64,000 bases of DNA from a virus (IMGVR_UViG_3300009103_000003:32001-96000), one strand, 5' to 3'; shown: positions 10,001 to 20,036, numbered from the stretch's first letter. Notes: generated from the sequence alone by a model not told the origin. Made by a program: numbers and translations.

Positions 10001-11403
10001 GCAACGCCAGTGGCGGTGATGTAAGAATCTATGGTGGTAATGGCGCTGGTTTTGGCGGCACCCTGCTAAACGGCGGTAAGGCAACAGTTGCTGGTGGTGA
10101 CGCATTCAGGGGCGGCTCTGTCAGTATTCATGGTGGCGCAGGCATAGGTGGCGCAGGAAGCACTGATGGTGAGGTGAACATAGGCACTACGTCTGTCCAC
10201 TCCCAGATGAGATGGACGCAAGCGGCCACTGGGCCAGTGGGACTAGAGCAGAAAACTGGGATGATCGGGATCAACTGTATCGCTGATGATCCAGCTATCC
10301 TTCCGAACTTCAAGCAGCTTCTACTTCCCGGCGATGCCCTCGCCAACAGGCTAACGGTCAAAGGCTCTATTACGGTTACTGGCCTTGTAGACCCTGCTGG
10401 GGTTGTATTCAAAGGTCAAGCCGGAAACCCGGCAGAGGGAATAGCCCCACAGGATGTCCAGAACTCCACGCTGTGGTTGGATAATAATTACAATCTCATG
10501 ATAGGCACCAACCAAGTAGGGGTTGGGCTCGCTCAAGGTGAGAATGTTTGGCAAACAGCGCTGAACTGCACTGTCTATAACTGGACAGAGGGGACCGTTG
10601 GTTCGAATGACGGACCTGAATGGTTTGATGGTGGCGGCAACAAGTACACTGTTCACTATGGTAGTTTCGGTGCGCATTCAGACAGCAACAAGAACGGCCA
10701 CGGTCAGGCGGCGGTTCTCCCATATGGGTGTGATATTATTGGTGTAACCTACAGGTATAACCATCCAAACGCGCTTCAAATAGCAGGAGAGGGTCGGGTC
10801 CTTTTGAGGGTTGGAGTTCTCCCAAACTCCCAAACCATATCGTCGTCCGCCCAAGACTTAGGTGACAACACGGTTTGGGCACCTGGGAGTGAGGTTCAAT
10901 GGAATGCGAGTAATAACGGGACTCACCCACAATCGGTAGTATCTGGTTTACGGATTCCGGTTCTTTCCGGGCAGTCTATTGTGATGCAGGTTATGGAAGA
11001 AGATATTACTATGGAGCAATTAGGTGAGATCTCTTGCGTAATATGGCTTCGAGGTCAGAGTCAGGCACCTGTTGGTGCGGGCCACCTTGTTCCAAGAGCG
11101 ATTACTACTGAGTCGGGCAACCCGGACTCCCCTTATGTTATTCAACCAGAGGATGAGCTTCTTCTGGCTGATTTAAGCAGCAGAGCGTCCGATGTGGTGA
11201 TTCAGCTTCCTAGTGCGACTGCGACAGGGAGAACGCTCACCATTAAAGATAGTAAAGGCCTTGTTTCGGAGAAACACAGCGTTGTGGTAATACCCGATGT
11301 GCGGACAAAGCAAACTATTGATGGCGCAACTCATATGAGATTTACACAACAGTACAGTTCTGCCACCTTCACTGCTGATGGTAATAACTGGGTAATACTG
11401 TAA
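7015..11403 (+). CDS. Tail fibre protein (1462 aa) with Gly-rich beta-helical repeats
   Basis: About 11 GG-x-hydrophobic-x-hydrophobic-x-(G/A)G repeats and two GP...RWDG..G modules. The C-terminus has a typical fibre domain (VIQLPSATATGRTLTIKD...TIDG...ADGNNWVIL). Confidence 0.75.
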   Translation: MATLVILHSGTGGQSNSGTPNSVLYNERATIGSLGERCKVWLDRDNDPANPTEAFGIALGEFDLDSSSWDLFGPDGDPVQLVPGSGNPTSSGTFASPQEFEPTTPGRWLVRVSAQPWIQDPNPPGNLILGDAQEFTVLFEIQDPNVIGNPNAEHPGPNAGDWSAGTSVIAANETIEYDVDEGWSRSVERYLNTVSKGLGGRRIATGVNQSTVGGNPIAVPTDIGRAVTFTAEAQERWLKTDASLEDFQNYVIQFEYIDATMSEAVIQESPIFLTLHDQVGFGERSYLLVDGLIPFDTDTINGGAAAAVGDRVYLSDTGELTTDLAQIAAYPANPAKVRVVGEVVTVGSDTPVISDHPGSIWFHGSTPMLPGLVTGPLASQHDHIVRWDGTTGQKLKDSDVQLDQTGTLATFQPTTNAITQFHLFPGTILGTPAGVFIDGAADDGAGVPMTKVGINTDLPESYLHIAGTGNNDQPFFMLSEGVTDRWLLEGDFGAGSSHSVVCKSASLTNIMTWQTTAKGRVGVGTTVPLTKFHVQHQGTGPDGEPAAIMIEATTPTPGSGAIGTKLIMKANTDAGTTPNSCSIIFADDTLAAGAGQIKYDNKYSGGTPHLDDLMTFTVYRGGVGPFDAFHVNSYGASVWASIVSPPVLADAAHSFKVNGNSLFDGEIVGSGSAQVAVDVIAGNDVAAAGDVFAGGTGVFGGQGAFGAGGISGTKALTVNGDLKVTGVIDPTALIFTEEDPNNVAIAAGEAGLIVSDGSAYAGAPTGANKLYYKDSAGALTQLGGGGGGGGIAGPAASTNHAITRWDGVNGNALHDSGVTLESAPNPGGELDWIIKSGDDGYNGPWPQNLTIRAHHNVFNGVLASASDLQLFGGDNLGNTSEQAGNVEIKSGSGITGGKTYVYGGTGTPWGAGLGTLGGSVKIEAGLGDNGGEVEIYGGHGVDPAGSGGNINIHAGKADFAPGELYLHAGDVNTAGSNANGGNVEISGGVADDAAGSNASGGDVRIYGGNGAGFGGTLLNGGKATVAGGDAFRGGSVSIHGGAGIGGAGSTDGEVNIGTTSVHSQMRWTQAATGPVGLEQKTGMIGINCIADDPAILPNFKQLLLPGDALANRLTVKGSITVTGLVDPAGVVFKGQAGNPAEGIAPQDVQNSTLWLDNNYNLMIGTNQVGVGLAQGENVWQTALNCTVYNWTEGTVGSNDGPEWFDGGGNKYTVHYGSFGAHSDSNKNGHGQAAVLPYGCDIIGVTYRYNHPNALQIAGEGRVLLRVGVLPNSQTISSSAQDLGDNTVWAPGSEVQWNASNNGTHPQSVVSGLRIPVLSGQSIVMQVMEEDITMEQLGEISCVIWLRGQSQAPVGAGHLVPRAITTESGNPDSPYVIQPEDELLLADLSSRASDVVIQLPSATATGRTLTIKDSKGLVSEKHSVVVIPDVRTKQTIDGATHMRFTQQYSSATFTADGNNWVIL

Positions 11404-11425
11404 AGAAGATGGTTAGTAGGAGGCG

Positions 11426-12085
11426 ATGATGCTTTTATCAGATAAATTAGAACCAACGATCAATGTCGCGATTGGTGTATACGAGAACGGCAAGCTGATC
11501 GACCAAAGATTGAGCCACAATGTCGTCACCAACACGGGAAGAAACTGGCTCACCTTATTGGTTGGTTCTGATGACTACAGTACAGACCCGCCAAGCCCCC
11601 ACACTACGTCAAAAATTGGCTATATGGGGTTTGGGTGCGGTGGAGCATTACAGAGTAATACGCTATTCGCCACAGGCCAAACTGAGTTGGTTACGGTCAC
11701 CTCCCTGCAAGATCCTGTGCCTCTCCAAATAGTTGGTGGGCAACGCTTTTACCTGAAGCAGGTGGATAATCAGGCCAATAATAGTATTTATTTTCCAGGT
11801 GATTTTAGAACAAGATTTATTGTCGATGTGGCGGAAGCTGAGTTATCCTTTGCAGGAAATATTACAAGAGTATCCAACGTGCCCGTTGGAACCTCTGTTC
11901 CAATTTCTGAAGCGGGCTTGTATCTTACGGATGCTAATGCGACATTTACACATGAAGCGGTCCCCCCTATTTCTGGGGAGGCTGATCCAGCCCAGCCCAA
12001 TTATTTGGTGGCGTATAATATTTTTGATCCGATCAGCGTTACCCCAAATGTTGTTCTTAGGGTTGAGTGGGAACTGCGTTTCTAG
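11426..12085 (+). CDS. Tail-fibre/baseplate-associated protein (219 aa)
   Basis: GGAGG SD. The pattern HNVVTNTGRNWL...GYMGFGCG...ISEAGLY...VEWELRF resembles tail collar/fibre anchor proteins. It sits between two fibre genes. Confidence 0.55.
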   Translation: MMLLSDKLEPTINVAIGVYENGKLIDQRLSHNVVTNTGRNWLTLLVGSDDYSTDPPSPHTTSKIGYMGFGCGGALQSNTLFATGQTELVTVTSLQDPVPLQIVGGQRFYLKQVDNQANNSIYFPGDFRTRFIVDVAEAELSFAGNITRVSNVPVGTSVPISEAGLYLTDANATFTHEAVPPISGEADPAQPNYLVAYNIFDPISVTPNVVLRVEWELRF

Positions 12086-12097
12086 AGAGGTTTAAAC

Positions 12098-15000
12098 ATG
12101 TCTTATAAGTATTTTGGGAAACTAGTAGGGACGACGCAGGCGGCGGATTCCCAAAAAGATACCTCCCCGGCTAACACAACTACCCCCTTCAACCCCCAGG
12201 CTCCCGCCACAAAGTTCATGGCTTATGGTGAGGACGCCACAAGCGCCGCGTTCAATAGAGCCTTTAGCGCCCTCTCGACAAATATCGATCACATTAAGGG
12301 CGCTCTCGATGCGCCCGCGCTGCGGCAGGAGGTGCTCTCCCCGCTCCGCACATCCTCGGATAATCCGACTACCGGTATTGGCTTCCAGAGCTTGTCTGCG
12401 CATGACTCAGTAAGTAATCCAGACGGTATTAGCTCTAATCAAGAGTTTGTAGATCTCGCGGCTACGAATGGCGACCCGAATGGTGCCCCACCTGTGTGGG
12501 TTTACGTTGGCCTTCACAAAGAAGACCTCAGAAAATATTTCCGTTTATATGGGGCTAAAGAAGACGAGACCATTTATGGGTCTCGAACAGACATCTCTAG
12601 CAAGATAATCCTACGACCGAACTCAGCCAAAGTGTCTGCTGGCGCAGTAGTTGATTACTTCCCGGCAACAACTTACTGGGGTGATGATAAGCAAGGGCTC
12701 CCCTACAAGATTCCGCCGATTTCGGACATCCAGACAGGCCTCGCCCCCTACAACGGCTCCTCGTCATCTCAGCCTATTTTTAAATGGAGCACGGATGGCT
12801 TGCTCATTAGATCTTCCGGAGCCTCCTTCAGCGACTTATTCCTTCGCCCAGGATGCTATGTCGAGGTCGTGAATGATGGTGATCCGACTTCACCGAATTC
12901 AAGCAACAATGGTTTGTACCAAATTGCGCATGTCTCACATAGTGACGATGTAGGTGTTGGGGCTGTTGGTGGGGATAAAGCGGTACTTACTCGTGGTAAT
13001 CTTACCAAAGTCACCGTTGGCGACTACACGACCTACGAGCCTGGGGATTTGGTTTGTTGGAAGTCATACCCTGACCATAACAATGCGGCCTCTGCACCAG
13101 AGGACCGGACTAACTACGCTCACGTAGTAAGAATTATCCCTCGCGAAGATGTCACCCCCTACGCTGATGTGGGAGACATCCCCGGCGATCTGTACCTAGC
13201 AAAGATCGGTGCATCCGAAGACTTTCTTGGTGGCAAGGCTGATGTTCAAGGTTTCCAGTCGGGAGGTCGTAGATCTTATGGTGATGTAGGCCTACCTGAC
13301 GCAGAAGAAGGCGCACACGAAAATTGGGTGATGCCTAAAAAACAGCCGACCGTAGATGGTACGTACCTTTTCCGGTACAACGGGATGGCATGGGAATACG
13401 AAGAGGTCTCGGAAGTAGTCGCTCCCAGCGCACCGGTTTCCTTTTTGTTGGATAAGAAGCCTGGGCAGTTGATTCCCTGTAATCCCCTAGGATTTCTGCT
13501 CAACCCAACGCTTGTGTTTGAACCGGGTCAGCGCCCTGTTCGCGGGGATTATTACGCACACTGCCACACGCTTACCACCGTTGGGGAGCAACTCCGTTCC
13601 AAGGGCGCTTCTGCTGTGCGCGGGAGCTTTGAGGACCCCGGCGTGGCCGAACGCTTTAACCAAGGTGATATGCGAGCCATTACTGACTTGGCTCGTCATA
13701 TGCGGATGGGTTACTCGCAATGGAAACCGCCTGCTCAAGGCAACTCCCAGTTTGCAGACTACTTCACTCCCACCCGAATGACCTTGGGGTCAGACCTTTG
13801 GTATTTGGAGATGGAAGCTGTAGGTGGCGGTGCCCCAGATTACGAGACTACATCAAGAACTCAGGGGTTCAACGAAGGGGATACATGTGTTCCACTGATT
13901 CACCCTGACGGGGTGAAGACAGCCACAGGGACAATCGTATCCCTTGGTGGCAACTTTGTTCTTCTTCGAATGGTTGGCGACTCCACGCAAGGTTACACCC
14001 ATAACTTTTCCACCGTAGATACTGGACAAATTATTCTCGGGGAAGCTGAAACGACTAGTGAAGGCTGGTTTGGTGGAGCCTCGTCAAGCCACACTATTGG
14101 CGCTACCACGTATAAGGTAAAGCAGGTTTGGAGCGGAAGTAAGGCGGTTTCTCAGTCTGGGAACACCTACACACCAACCATAGGTTTAAACGCCGCTTTC
14201 CATAATGATTATGACGCCAACCCGTACGCCCGAGGCCAACACGCCCAAGGTCACTGGATTCACTACCTCAATGGCTCCGATACGTTTACGCTCCCCCAAG
14301 GGGGGATTGGTAATCATTTACGTCTAGGAAAACCGCTGACGGTGCTGGCTAACGACGATCTTGTTGGTGGCGCTACACAGAGCGGGTTTCGTGTACGAGG
14401 CCAAAGCGATGCTGTCAGCGGAAGGTCTGTAAGCCTTATTGAGTTTGTTGGTCGCGACATGAACGCAGCCTTGGGTGCTTCTGTTGAGCTTCACTCGCAC
14501 CAAACAGCGTATACAGGAAATAATACCAACACACATGCCTCTCCGGGGTATAGCCGGTCCCTAACGTTCTTTGACGAGTGCACACTTACTGATCCATACA
14601 ACTTCCAGCTTGGTCGAGGAGCTTACTCAGGAATCCCACTTACTTCTCCGGATGCAGCCGCAGATTACCGAGAGATCTCCAAGCCAGGGGCCGATGGTGA
14701 AGGTTACTTGGTTCACGGAGGCACGTCCCGAGCGTTTAGCGGGAGATCTATGCCTGAGGAGACGGTTCAGGTTACTGAGCACCGGGTCAGTGCGCTTGGC
14801 TCCACGATGGGCCCTTCAATAGCAGAGGCTGTTGAAGCAGCAATTCCGGGCAGTCACAACCCCGACTTAACTGGCACGTATCAAATGGACCAGTTTGGTG
14901 TGTGGTCTAACGGACTCCTGCATGGCGGGGCACTCTCGTGGTGGGAGAACGATCAAGATGTTCGCGGCGGGGTGTACGGCTATGGAGCAAACGACAAGGA

Positions 15001-18000
15001 CATAATTGACGTCCAGGAGGCGTGGTATCTCAGGGGCGGGGCAAAGGTTTTTATCCCGGAGACCCGCATTAGCGTTCCCGCTGGTTCTGCGAGCGGCACC
15101 TATTTTCTATATCTCCGATTTGGCAACAGCGCTTCCGTAGCAGCGGAGGCCACTCGTTATGTCATCCTAGATGAAGGAACAGCAACAGCTTCAGACCAAA
15201 GCAACTATCACTGGGACTCGGCGGACACTATTCTGTTAGGCGCAATGGCTTATGACGGGGCCAATGACACCATTGTGCAACTGGTTGAATGCCAGCAAAG
15301 AGTGGCTCGACAAGATAAAAAGGGGCACATATACGTTGGTAATGCGGGCCACGAGCTTTGGTCTGGGGGTGCTCCCGCCCAACACGCCATGGGCATGTAC
15401 CCAGGAACGCAGACGCACTTCAAGTCTCTTGGTGAAGCATTGGCCGCACTGAAGGTGTGGGAGTGGCTTCGCAGCCAGCACACAGATAATGGAAATGAGC
15501 AGGGTCGAGCATTTTGGACTATTGAGGTGGTTTCTTGGACCATCGAGGTAGAGGATGATGCTCGCGGACTCTCGTATCCCTATGAGATACCTTGTGATGG
15601 ACTAACAATCCAAGGAGCCCCCTTAAGAGGCGCACCAGACTTCACCCCCAGACCAGTTATTTATTGGGGGTTTGATCCAGGAGCGCCAATAAAAGAACAG
15701 AACCTCATCACACTAAATCATAGAAGTGGGCTCACCTTTAGGAACCTTAGTTTCACGTGGCGAAAAGCTGTTGGCATGGATAATGTCGCAGTAAATGCTG
15801 TTGCACCAGCAGACCCGCTGTACGCGGATCATCCTGGGGTGAACCTATTTATTAACAGAGTGGTATCCACTAATGTTAATGAGTCTTATGGAAGGATATT
15901 CCCCATTCCGGTTCCTTACGGGCTAGATCCGGTCTCTGGAGGGCTTTACGGCAATGGGGGTGGCACAGACATCCTTATTGAGAACGTTCATCTTAGGGGC
16001 GGTACCGGGTTCTTCTTCCACACAGATATTCCCAATATGGATAACCTCACCATCAGGGACTGTACCGCAACAGAAATCACAAATACTTTTGTGACGCTTA
16101 GTCCCTCCACCCAAGACCCGATGCAGGGCGCTGGTGGCACAATCGATATTGGTTATCACAGAAATGTTATTATCGAGAACTGTAAAGCAAGCTGCTATGA
16201 GACATCCAACCCAACTACGGGCGTTGAGATTCTCTATTGTGATGCCATTCGTTTGGATTGCGTTGTCGATTTCCGAGTATCCAACTGCACAATAACTGGT
16301 TTTGGAAGGGGTGTTCACTGCGATACCAACTATGGTACTGCGGCTCCTTACGGAAACCAGATGGTTGACTCTTGCGGCATCATCGAGAACTGCAACTTAA
16401 ACCAGCAGTGGTATAGCGGTATTGCTTGGTTCACGTCTGGTGTAATAAGCGCTGTGCACAATGAAGGCGGCGTCGTAATTACCGGTAATGTGATTAAAGA
16501 TTGGGCCAGAGAAAGGTCTGGTGGAAACCCATCTGGGTGGGATCTATACGCTACAAGACCTGCCATAGTTACAATTGCCCACGATACACGCATCGAAGGA
16601 AACCATCTTTTCCGGATGCAGGCACCTGGAACAGACTGGGACGCGATTCCTACGTCAAATGTAGACCTTCACTACGGGATCGTGGCTGGCGGGTTCGGCC
16701 TGTACGGGCCGGGAACTCCGAGAGCACACAACGTTCAGGTTTTGAGCAATAAAGCCTCTTGGCTCCCAGGCCATAACTTCATATCTCTATCAAGCACCTT
16801 TGGCGGGGTTGTTTCCGGCAATATCGAGGACTGTGGCGAAAGAACCAACACGGGTAGTGTGTACGACTGGAATAACATCCACTTTCACGAGACTCTCTAC
16901 ACCCCCAATGTTGTTCCCGGAAATCACTCGTTTCACGGCATAGACCTCAGCAATATCACAATCAGTGATAATGTTTTTGCTAGTAGACCCGAGTACGGTG
17001 GTTGGCTCACGGGCTATTGGCCATGCGGGGAGATTCGGAATACGGGTAATATTTGGGGCGGGTATAACCTACATGGTACTAAAAACGATTATGGGTGGAG
17101 TGCTTACTGCGAAGCATTTAACCACCAAATTATAGGGAACCACTTCTCAGGCATTTCGTTGTATCTAATGGAAGCCGAAGGCATTTCGTACAGGACACAG
17201 GTTCATGACAACCAGTTCGGTGCCCTACGAAGCGCTATTTATATTTCAACAGGTACCCACGAACATCAAGGGGGGTCGATTTATTGTTCGGCTAACTACA
17301 CCGCTCCCATGGGAAGCTCTCGGGGTTGGCAGAACAACATCAGCATTTGCAACAACATGACCGGTGGTGGCGGAATCTTTGTCGCGGAAGACGCAATACT
17401 CCCAGGCTATCCATACAACATTGACCAGCCAGCGAGCAGCGCCGCTACTGAGTTATCTGAGAACCGAAAGGTTGCTCCACGACACCAGTATTTAACTATT
17501 CGTGGCAACGACCTCATGGATCTTCGCGACCAAACAATTGATGGTTACGAGCAGTGCTGGGAACAAACCATGAGCAAGTTCACCCATAACGGGGGATACA
17601 TCAGTGTTGGTGGTTTTTTTAGGGAAGTCAGTATCACTGACAACCTCTGTGGTGGGATTAATTTAGGGTCTACGGAATATGTCGTAGACGGTGAGTTTTA
17701 TGGGCCATTCCCAAACTGCGACTACCCTGATCTACAACACCCGATTGGGATGGTAGACATGACTGTTAACCAGCTTCCGGGCTGGGGGCAGATTAGCGGT
17801 AACCACCTGCATGGGAACAGCATCCAATCAAGAGGGCACTCAGTCCATATTACAAATAATATGGCTGTGCATGAGATCATGCACAACACACGCCCTGCGT
17901 ACCCGCTTGAAGGGACACTCAACTATACAGATACCACCATGAGCAACTCCCAAGCTGACCAGTGTCGCATTTCTGGGAATGACTTCATCCTTCCTCTAGC

Positions 18001-19666
18001 GTTTCATGAGGAGGAGCTATTTGGTTTCCCCACAGATTACTGGGGTACAGGTATTTGGGTGTCCTCCGGTGATAATGTAGAAATCTCCAATAATACTAAT
18101 GTGAAAATTATTAGTGGTTGGAACCTAAAAAAGGCAAAGATTCTCCATAACAATATGTCGTGCTCCCGGTCTGGTTCGTGGGGCGCTCAATGGTATGGGG
18201 ACTACGTTGATATGTCTGGCGACGGGGTTGTCGATACATTCACTCCGGGCCGATACGGTATCGTTCTTGGGTATCATGGCATGATCAGGCTTCGAGGCTA
18301 TTGCAGTGACCCTGAGTTAGGTGGGAACAATCTACTCTCTGGCTTAGGTGGCGGCGGGCTACAGCATGGCTTTGCCCATAATCTCGCAGGGGCTGCTTCA
18401 TTAAATAGGTTGCCTGGGGATAGTTTTAACAACCCAGACCCCTCCACTGATGGGGGGATACACGCCATCTCCCCACTCATCACCGGATTTACTCATGATG
18501 AGCGACCAATTGTGCCGCCACCAGACTTCCCACCACAGAACAACGCCAACCCGACCGTAGAGGAGCAGTGGTACCACATACATCAAGGGTGGGTGAACTA
18601 TTGGACTGGTACAATCAAAGTCGGCCTTGACCGTTGGGGTGTGGGGAGAATGGACCGGGCACGCATCCACGACAACGTATTTATGTCGTTAGAATTCGAT
18701 GGTTTCAACGACTGGCCTGATCGACACGAAGCGGCAATGGACTGGTCTGTCACGAGTAATGTTGCTTATCAGAACCAGTGGTGGAGTTCTATATGGAGCC
18801 AGCGGGCTATTAACGATCCTAATGAGTGGTACGTCGGGCGCGGGTGGTTCAATGTATATACCCAAGGCCTAGTACTGAGCGGGAACACCGCTTGGGCAGG
18901 TATGCTGGTTGGTCCGCCTCACCAATACTACGATGATGGCGGGTACTTTACACTGACCCCTGATCTCGATTCTGGCGCGTATGCCTCGATTACGGGTAAT
19001 CGATTTCCTGGTGGCGGTGACATGCACGGATACTACGGGTCCCAGTACTGGAATCCAGATTACTTGCGCACCAAACAACGGGTTAATATCACTAGTGGCG
19101 CTGTTACTATGGCGGCGAATAACTACGCTGACTGGAACGTTATTTACGGGAAAGACACGGAAGATAATACCGGTTGGGGTGATGGGCGTTCCTGCGATGG
19201 CTACTTACCAATTGCAATGATAGGTCAGGGCGGATCTCTAGTTGAAAACGAGCACCCTGGGCATGCTCGTCGTAAAATCCAAGTTGGTCGCGATCCATAT
19301 ATGTACCCTGGCTCCGGTGGGATAGGCACTACGCACCAGTTCCACTTCCGACACCACGCGGGCGTTACGTCCATTGGCGAGCTTGGTGATAAAATCATGC
19401 ATATGGATTACTCGATGCCCAAAAATGGCTTCTGGATTAACGACGCCCTCGGCGGAAACCCTTCTGCCGAACAAGGAGCGCGAGAGAACTGTCTCGCCAT
19501 TGGTATTGCAGGCGTTTACAACCCCCCAGGTGACCCAACAATCAATGGGAACGGCTCTGCTGGGTGGCGAGAAGGTTGGTACAACATCAATAGTCCACAG
19601 GCACTGCCGCTCATAGGGGCGACAAACTTCTGGATTGGTCATGAGAACCCCCAATTGAACGGGTAG
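12098..19666 (+). CDS. Giant tailspike / receptor-binding protein with right-handed parallel beta-helix (putative polysaccharide depolymerase), 2522 aa
   Basis: N-terminal anchor (AYGEDATSAAFNRA). After FKSLGEALAAL come many pectate-lyase-like repeats (LTFRNLSF, ILIENVHL, LTIRDC, VIIENC, ITGNVI, IEGNHL, ISDNVF, IIGNHF, ISGNHL). Confidence 0.7.
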   Translation: MSYKYFGKLVGTTQAADSQKDTSPANTTTPFNPQAPATKFMAYGEDATSAAFNRAFSALSTNIDHIKGALDAPALRQEVLSPLRTSSDNPTTGIGFQSLSAHDSVSNPDGISSNQEFVDLAATNGDPNGAPPVWVYVGLHKEDLRKYFRLYGAKEDETIYGSRTDISSKIILRPNSAKVSAGAVVDYFPATTYWGDDKQGLPYKIPPISDIQTGLAPYNGSSSSQPIFKWSTDGLLIRSSGASFSDLFLRPGCYVEVVNDGDPTSPNSSNNGLYQIAHVSHSDDVGVGAVGGDKAVLTRGNLTKVTVGDYTTYEPGDLVCWKSYPDHNNAASAPEDRTNYAHVVRIIPREDVTPYADVGDIPGDLYLAKIGASEDFLGGKADVQGFQSGGRRSYGDVGLPDAEEGAHENWVMPKKQPTVDGTYLFRYNGMAWEYEEVSEVVAPSAPVSFLLDKKPGQLIPCNPLGFLLNPTLVFEPGQRPVRGDYYAHCHTLTTVGEQLRSKGASAVRGSFEDPGVAERFNQGDMRAITDLARHMRMGYSQWKPPAQGNSQFADYFTPTRMTLGSDLWYLEMEAVGGGAPDYETTSRTQGFNEGDTCVPLIHPDGVKTATGTIVSLGGNFVLLRMVGDSTQGYTHNFSTVDTGQIILGEAETTSEGWFGGASSSHTIGATTYKVKQVWSGSKAVSQSGNTYTPTIGLNAAFHNDYDANPYARGQHAQGHWIHYLNGSDTFTLPQGGIGNHLRLGKPLTVLANDDLVGGATQSGFRVRGQSDAVSGRSVSLIEFVGRDMNAALGASVELHSHQTAYTGNNTNTHASPGYSRSLTFFDECTLTDPYNFQLGRGAYSGIPLTSPDAAADYREISKPGADGEGYLVHGGTSRAFSGRSMPEETVQVTEHRVSALGSTMGPSIAEAVEAAIPGSHNPDLTGTYQMDQFGVWSNGLLHGGALSWWENDQDVRGGVYGYGANDKDIIDVQEAWYLRGGAKVFIPETRISVPAGSASGTYFLYLRFGNSASVAAEATRYVILDEGTATASDQSNYHWDSADTILLGAMAYDGANDTIVQLVECQQRVARQDKKGHIYVGNAGHELWSGGAPAQHAMGMYPGTQTHFKSLGEALAALKVWEWLRSQHTDNGNEQGRAFWTIEVVSWTIEVEDDARGLSYPYEIPCDGLTIQGAPLRGAPDFTPRPVIYWGFDPGAPIKEQNLITLNHRSGLTFRNLSFTWRKAVGMDNVAVNAVAPADPLYADHPGVNLFINRVVSTNVNESYGRIFPIPVPYGLDPVSGGLYGNGGGTDILIENVHLRGGTGFFFHTDIPNMDNLTIRDCTATEITNTFVTLSPSTQDPMQGAGGTIDIGYHRNVIIENCKASCYETSNPTTGVEILYCDAIRLDCVVDFRVSNCTITGFGRGVHCDTNYGTAAPYGNQMVDSCGIIENCNLNQQWYSGIAWFTSGVISAVHNEGGVVITGNVIKDWARERSGGNPSGWDLYATRPAIVTIAHDTRIEGNHLFRMQAPGTDWDAIPTSNVDLHYGIVAGGFGLYGPGTPRAHNVQVLSNKASWLPGHNFISLSSTFGGVVSGNIEDCGERTNTGSVYDWNNIHFHETLYTPNVVPGNHSFHGIDLSNITISDNVFASRPEYGGWLTGYWPCGEIRNTGNIWGGYNLHGTKNDYGWSAYCEAFNHQIIGNHFSGISLYLMEAEGISYRTQVHDNQFGALRSAIYISTGTHEHQGGSIYCSANYTAPMGSSRGWQNNISICNNMTGGGGIFVAEDAILPGYPYNIDQPASSAATELSENRKVAPRHQYLTIRGNDLMDLRDQTIDGYEQCWEQTMSKFTHNGGYISVGGFFREVSITDNLCGGINLGSTEYVVDGEFYGPFPNCDYPDLQHPIGMVDMTVNQLPGWGQISGNHLHGNSIQSRGHSVHITNNMAVHEIMHNTRPAYPLEGTLNYTDTTMSNSQADQCRISGNDFILPLAFHEEELFGFPTDYWGTGIWVSSGDNVEISNNTNVKIISGWNLKKAKILHNNMSCSRSGSWGAQWYGDYVDMSGDGVVDTFTPGRYGIVLGYHGMIRLRGYCSDPELGGNNLLSGLGGGGLQHGFAHNLAGAASLNRLPGDSFNNPDPSTDGGIHAISPLITGFTHDERPIVPPPDFPPQNNANPTVEEQWYHIHQGWVNYWTGTIKVGLDRWGVGRMDRARIHDNVFMSLEFDGFNDWPDRHEAAMDWSVTSNVAYQNQWWSSIWSQRAINDPNEWYVGRGWFNVYTQGLVLSGNTAWAGMLVGPPHQYYDDGGYFTLTPDLDSGAYASITGNRFPGGGDMHGYYGSQYWNPDYLRTKQRVNITSGAVTMAANNYADWNVIYGKDTEDNTGWGDGRSCDGYLPIAMIGQGGSLVENEHPGHARRKIQVGRDPYMYPGSGGIGTTHQFHFRHHAGVTSIGELGDKIMHMDYSMPKNGFWINDALGGNPSAEQGARENCLAIGIAGVYNPPGDPTINGNGSAGWREGWYNINSPQALPLIGATNFWIGHENPQLNG

Positions 19667-19683
19667 TAACGATTCGTAGGTAA

Positions 19684-19715
19684 GAAAAAGCAAACCCGTT
19701 AAGGTCTGCTTTTTC
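19684..19715. terminator. Probable bidirectional intrinsic terminator
   Basis: GAAAAAGCA-A-ACC-CGTTAA-GGT-C-TGCTTTTTC is an inverted repeat with A/T runs at both ends. It lies between convergent genes ending at 19666 and 19746. Confidence 0.65.
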
Positions 19716-19745
19716 AGTTGGGCCGTCGTTGGAGCCCAGGTTATT

Positions 19746-20036
19746 TTACGACTGTGCAGGAGCCACGGAGGCTTCAGCACTGAGGCTAACCGCAGGTGCG
19801 GTTTCCTCGGCTACCTCGGCCTGCGTTTCCGCAGCAACCATGGCAGCAGCCTTGCGAGCAGCAAGAGCCTGTTTGGCGTTTCCGCCGATTTTGGCAATGC
19901 CGTTGCCAGCGCCCTTGAGGGCAGCGTCCAGGATGGAAACACCAACCTGGATTGCATAAGCGGCGACGACGAGAGTACCCATTGCCTTCAGCTTGTCAGT
20001 AGCGGTGGGCTTAGGGGTTCGTTTGAAAATACTCAT
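19746..20036 (-). CDS. Hypothetical Ala-rich protein with one hydrophobic segment (96 aa)
   Basis: Start re-called to the ATG at 20036 (MSIFKR), which has an AAGGAGG SD. Hydrophobic stretch LVVAAYAIQVGVSIL. Confidence 0.7.
   Translation of the reverse strand: MSIFKRTPKPTATDKLKAMGTLVVAAYAIQVGVSILDAALKGAGNGIAKIGGNAKQALAARKAAAMVAAETQAEVAEETAPAVSLSAEASVAPAQS

Noticed and set aside
9534-10412. Pro-rich minus-strand ORFs opposite the tail fibre
   Set aside because: Antisense shadows of GGN-rich Gly repeats; no RBS or independent motif.
12098-19666. Diversity-generating retroelement target in the tailspike or fibre
   Set aside because: No reverse transcriptase and no template/variable repeat pair seen in the window.
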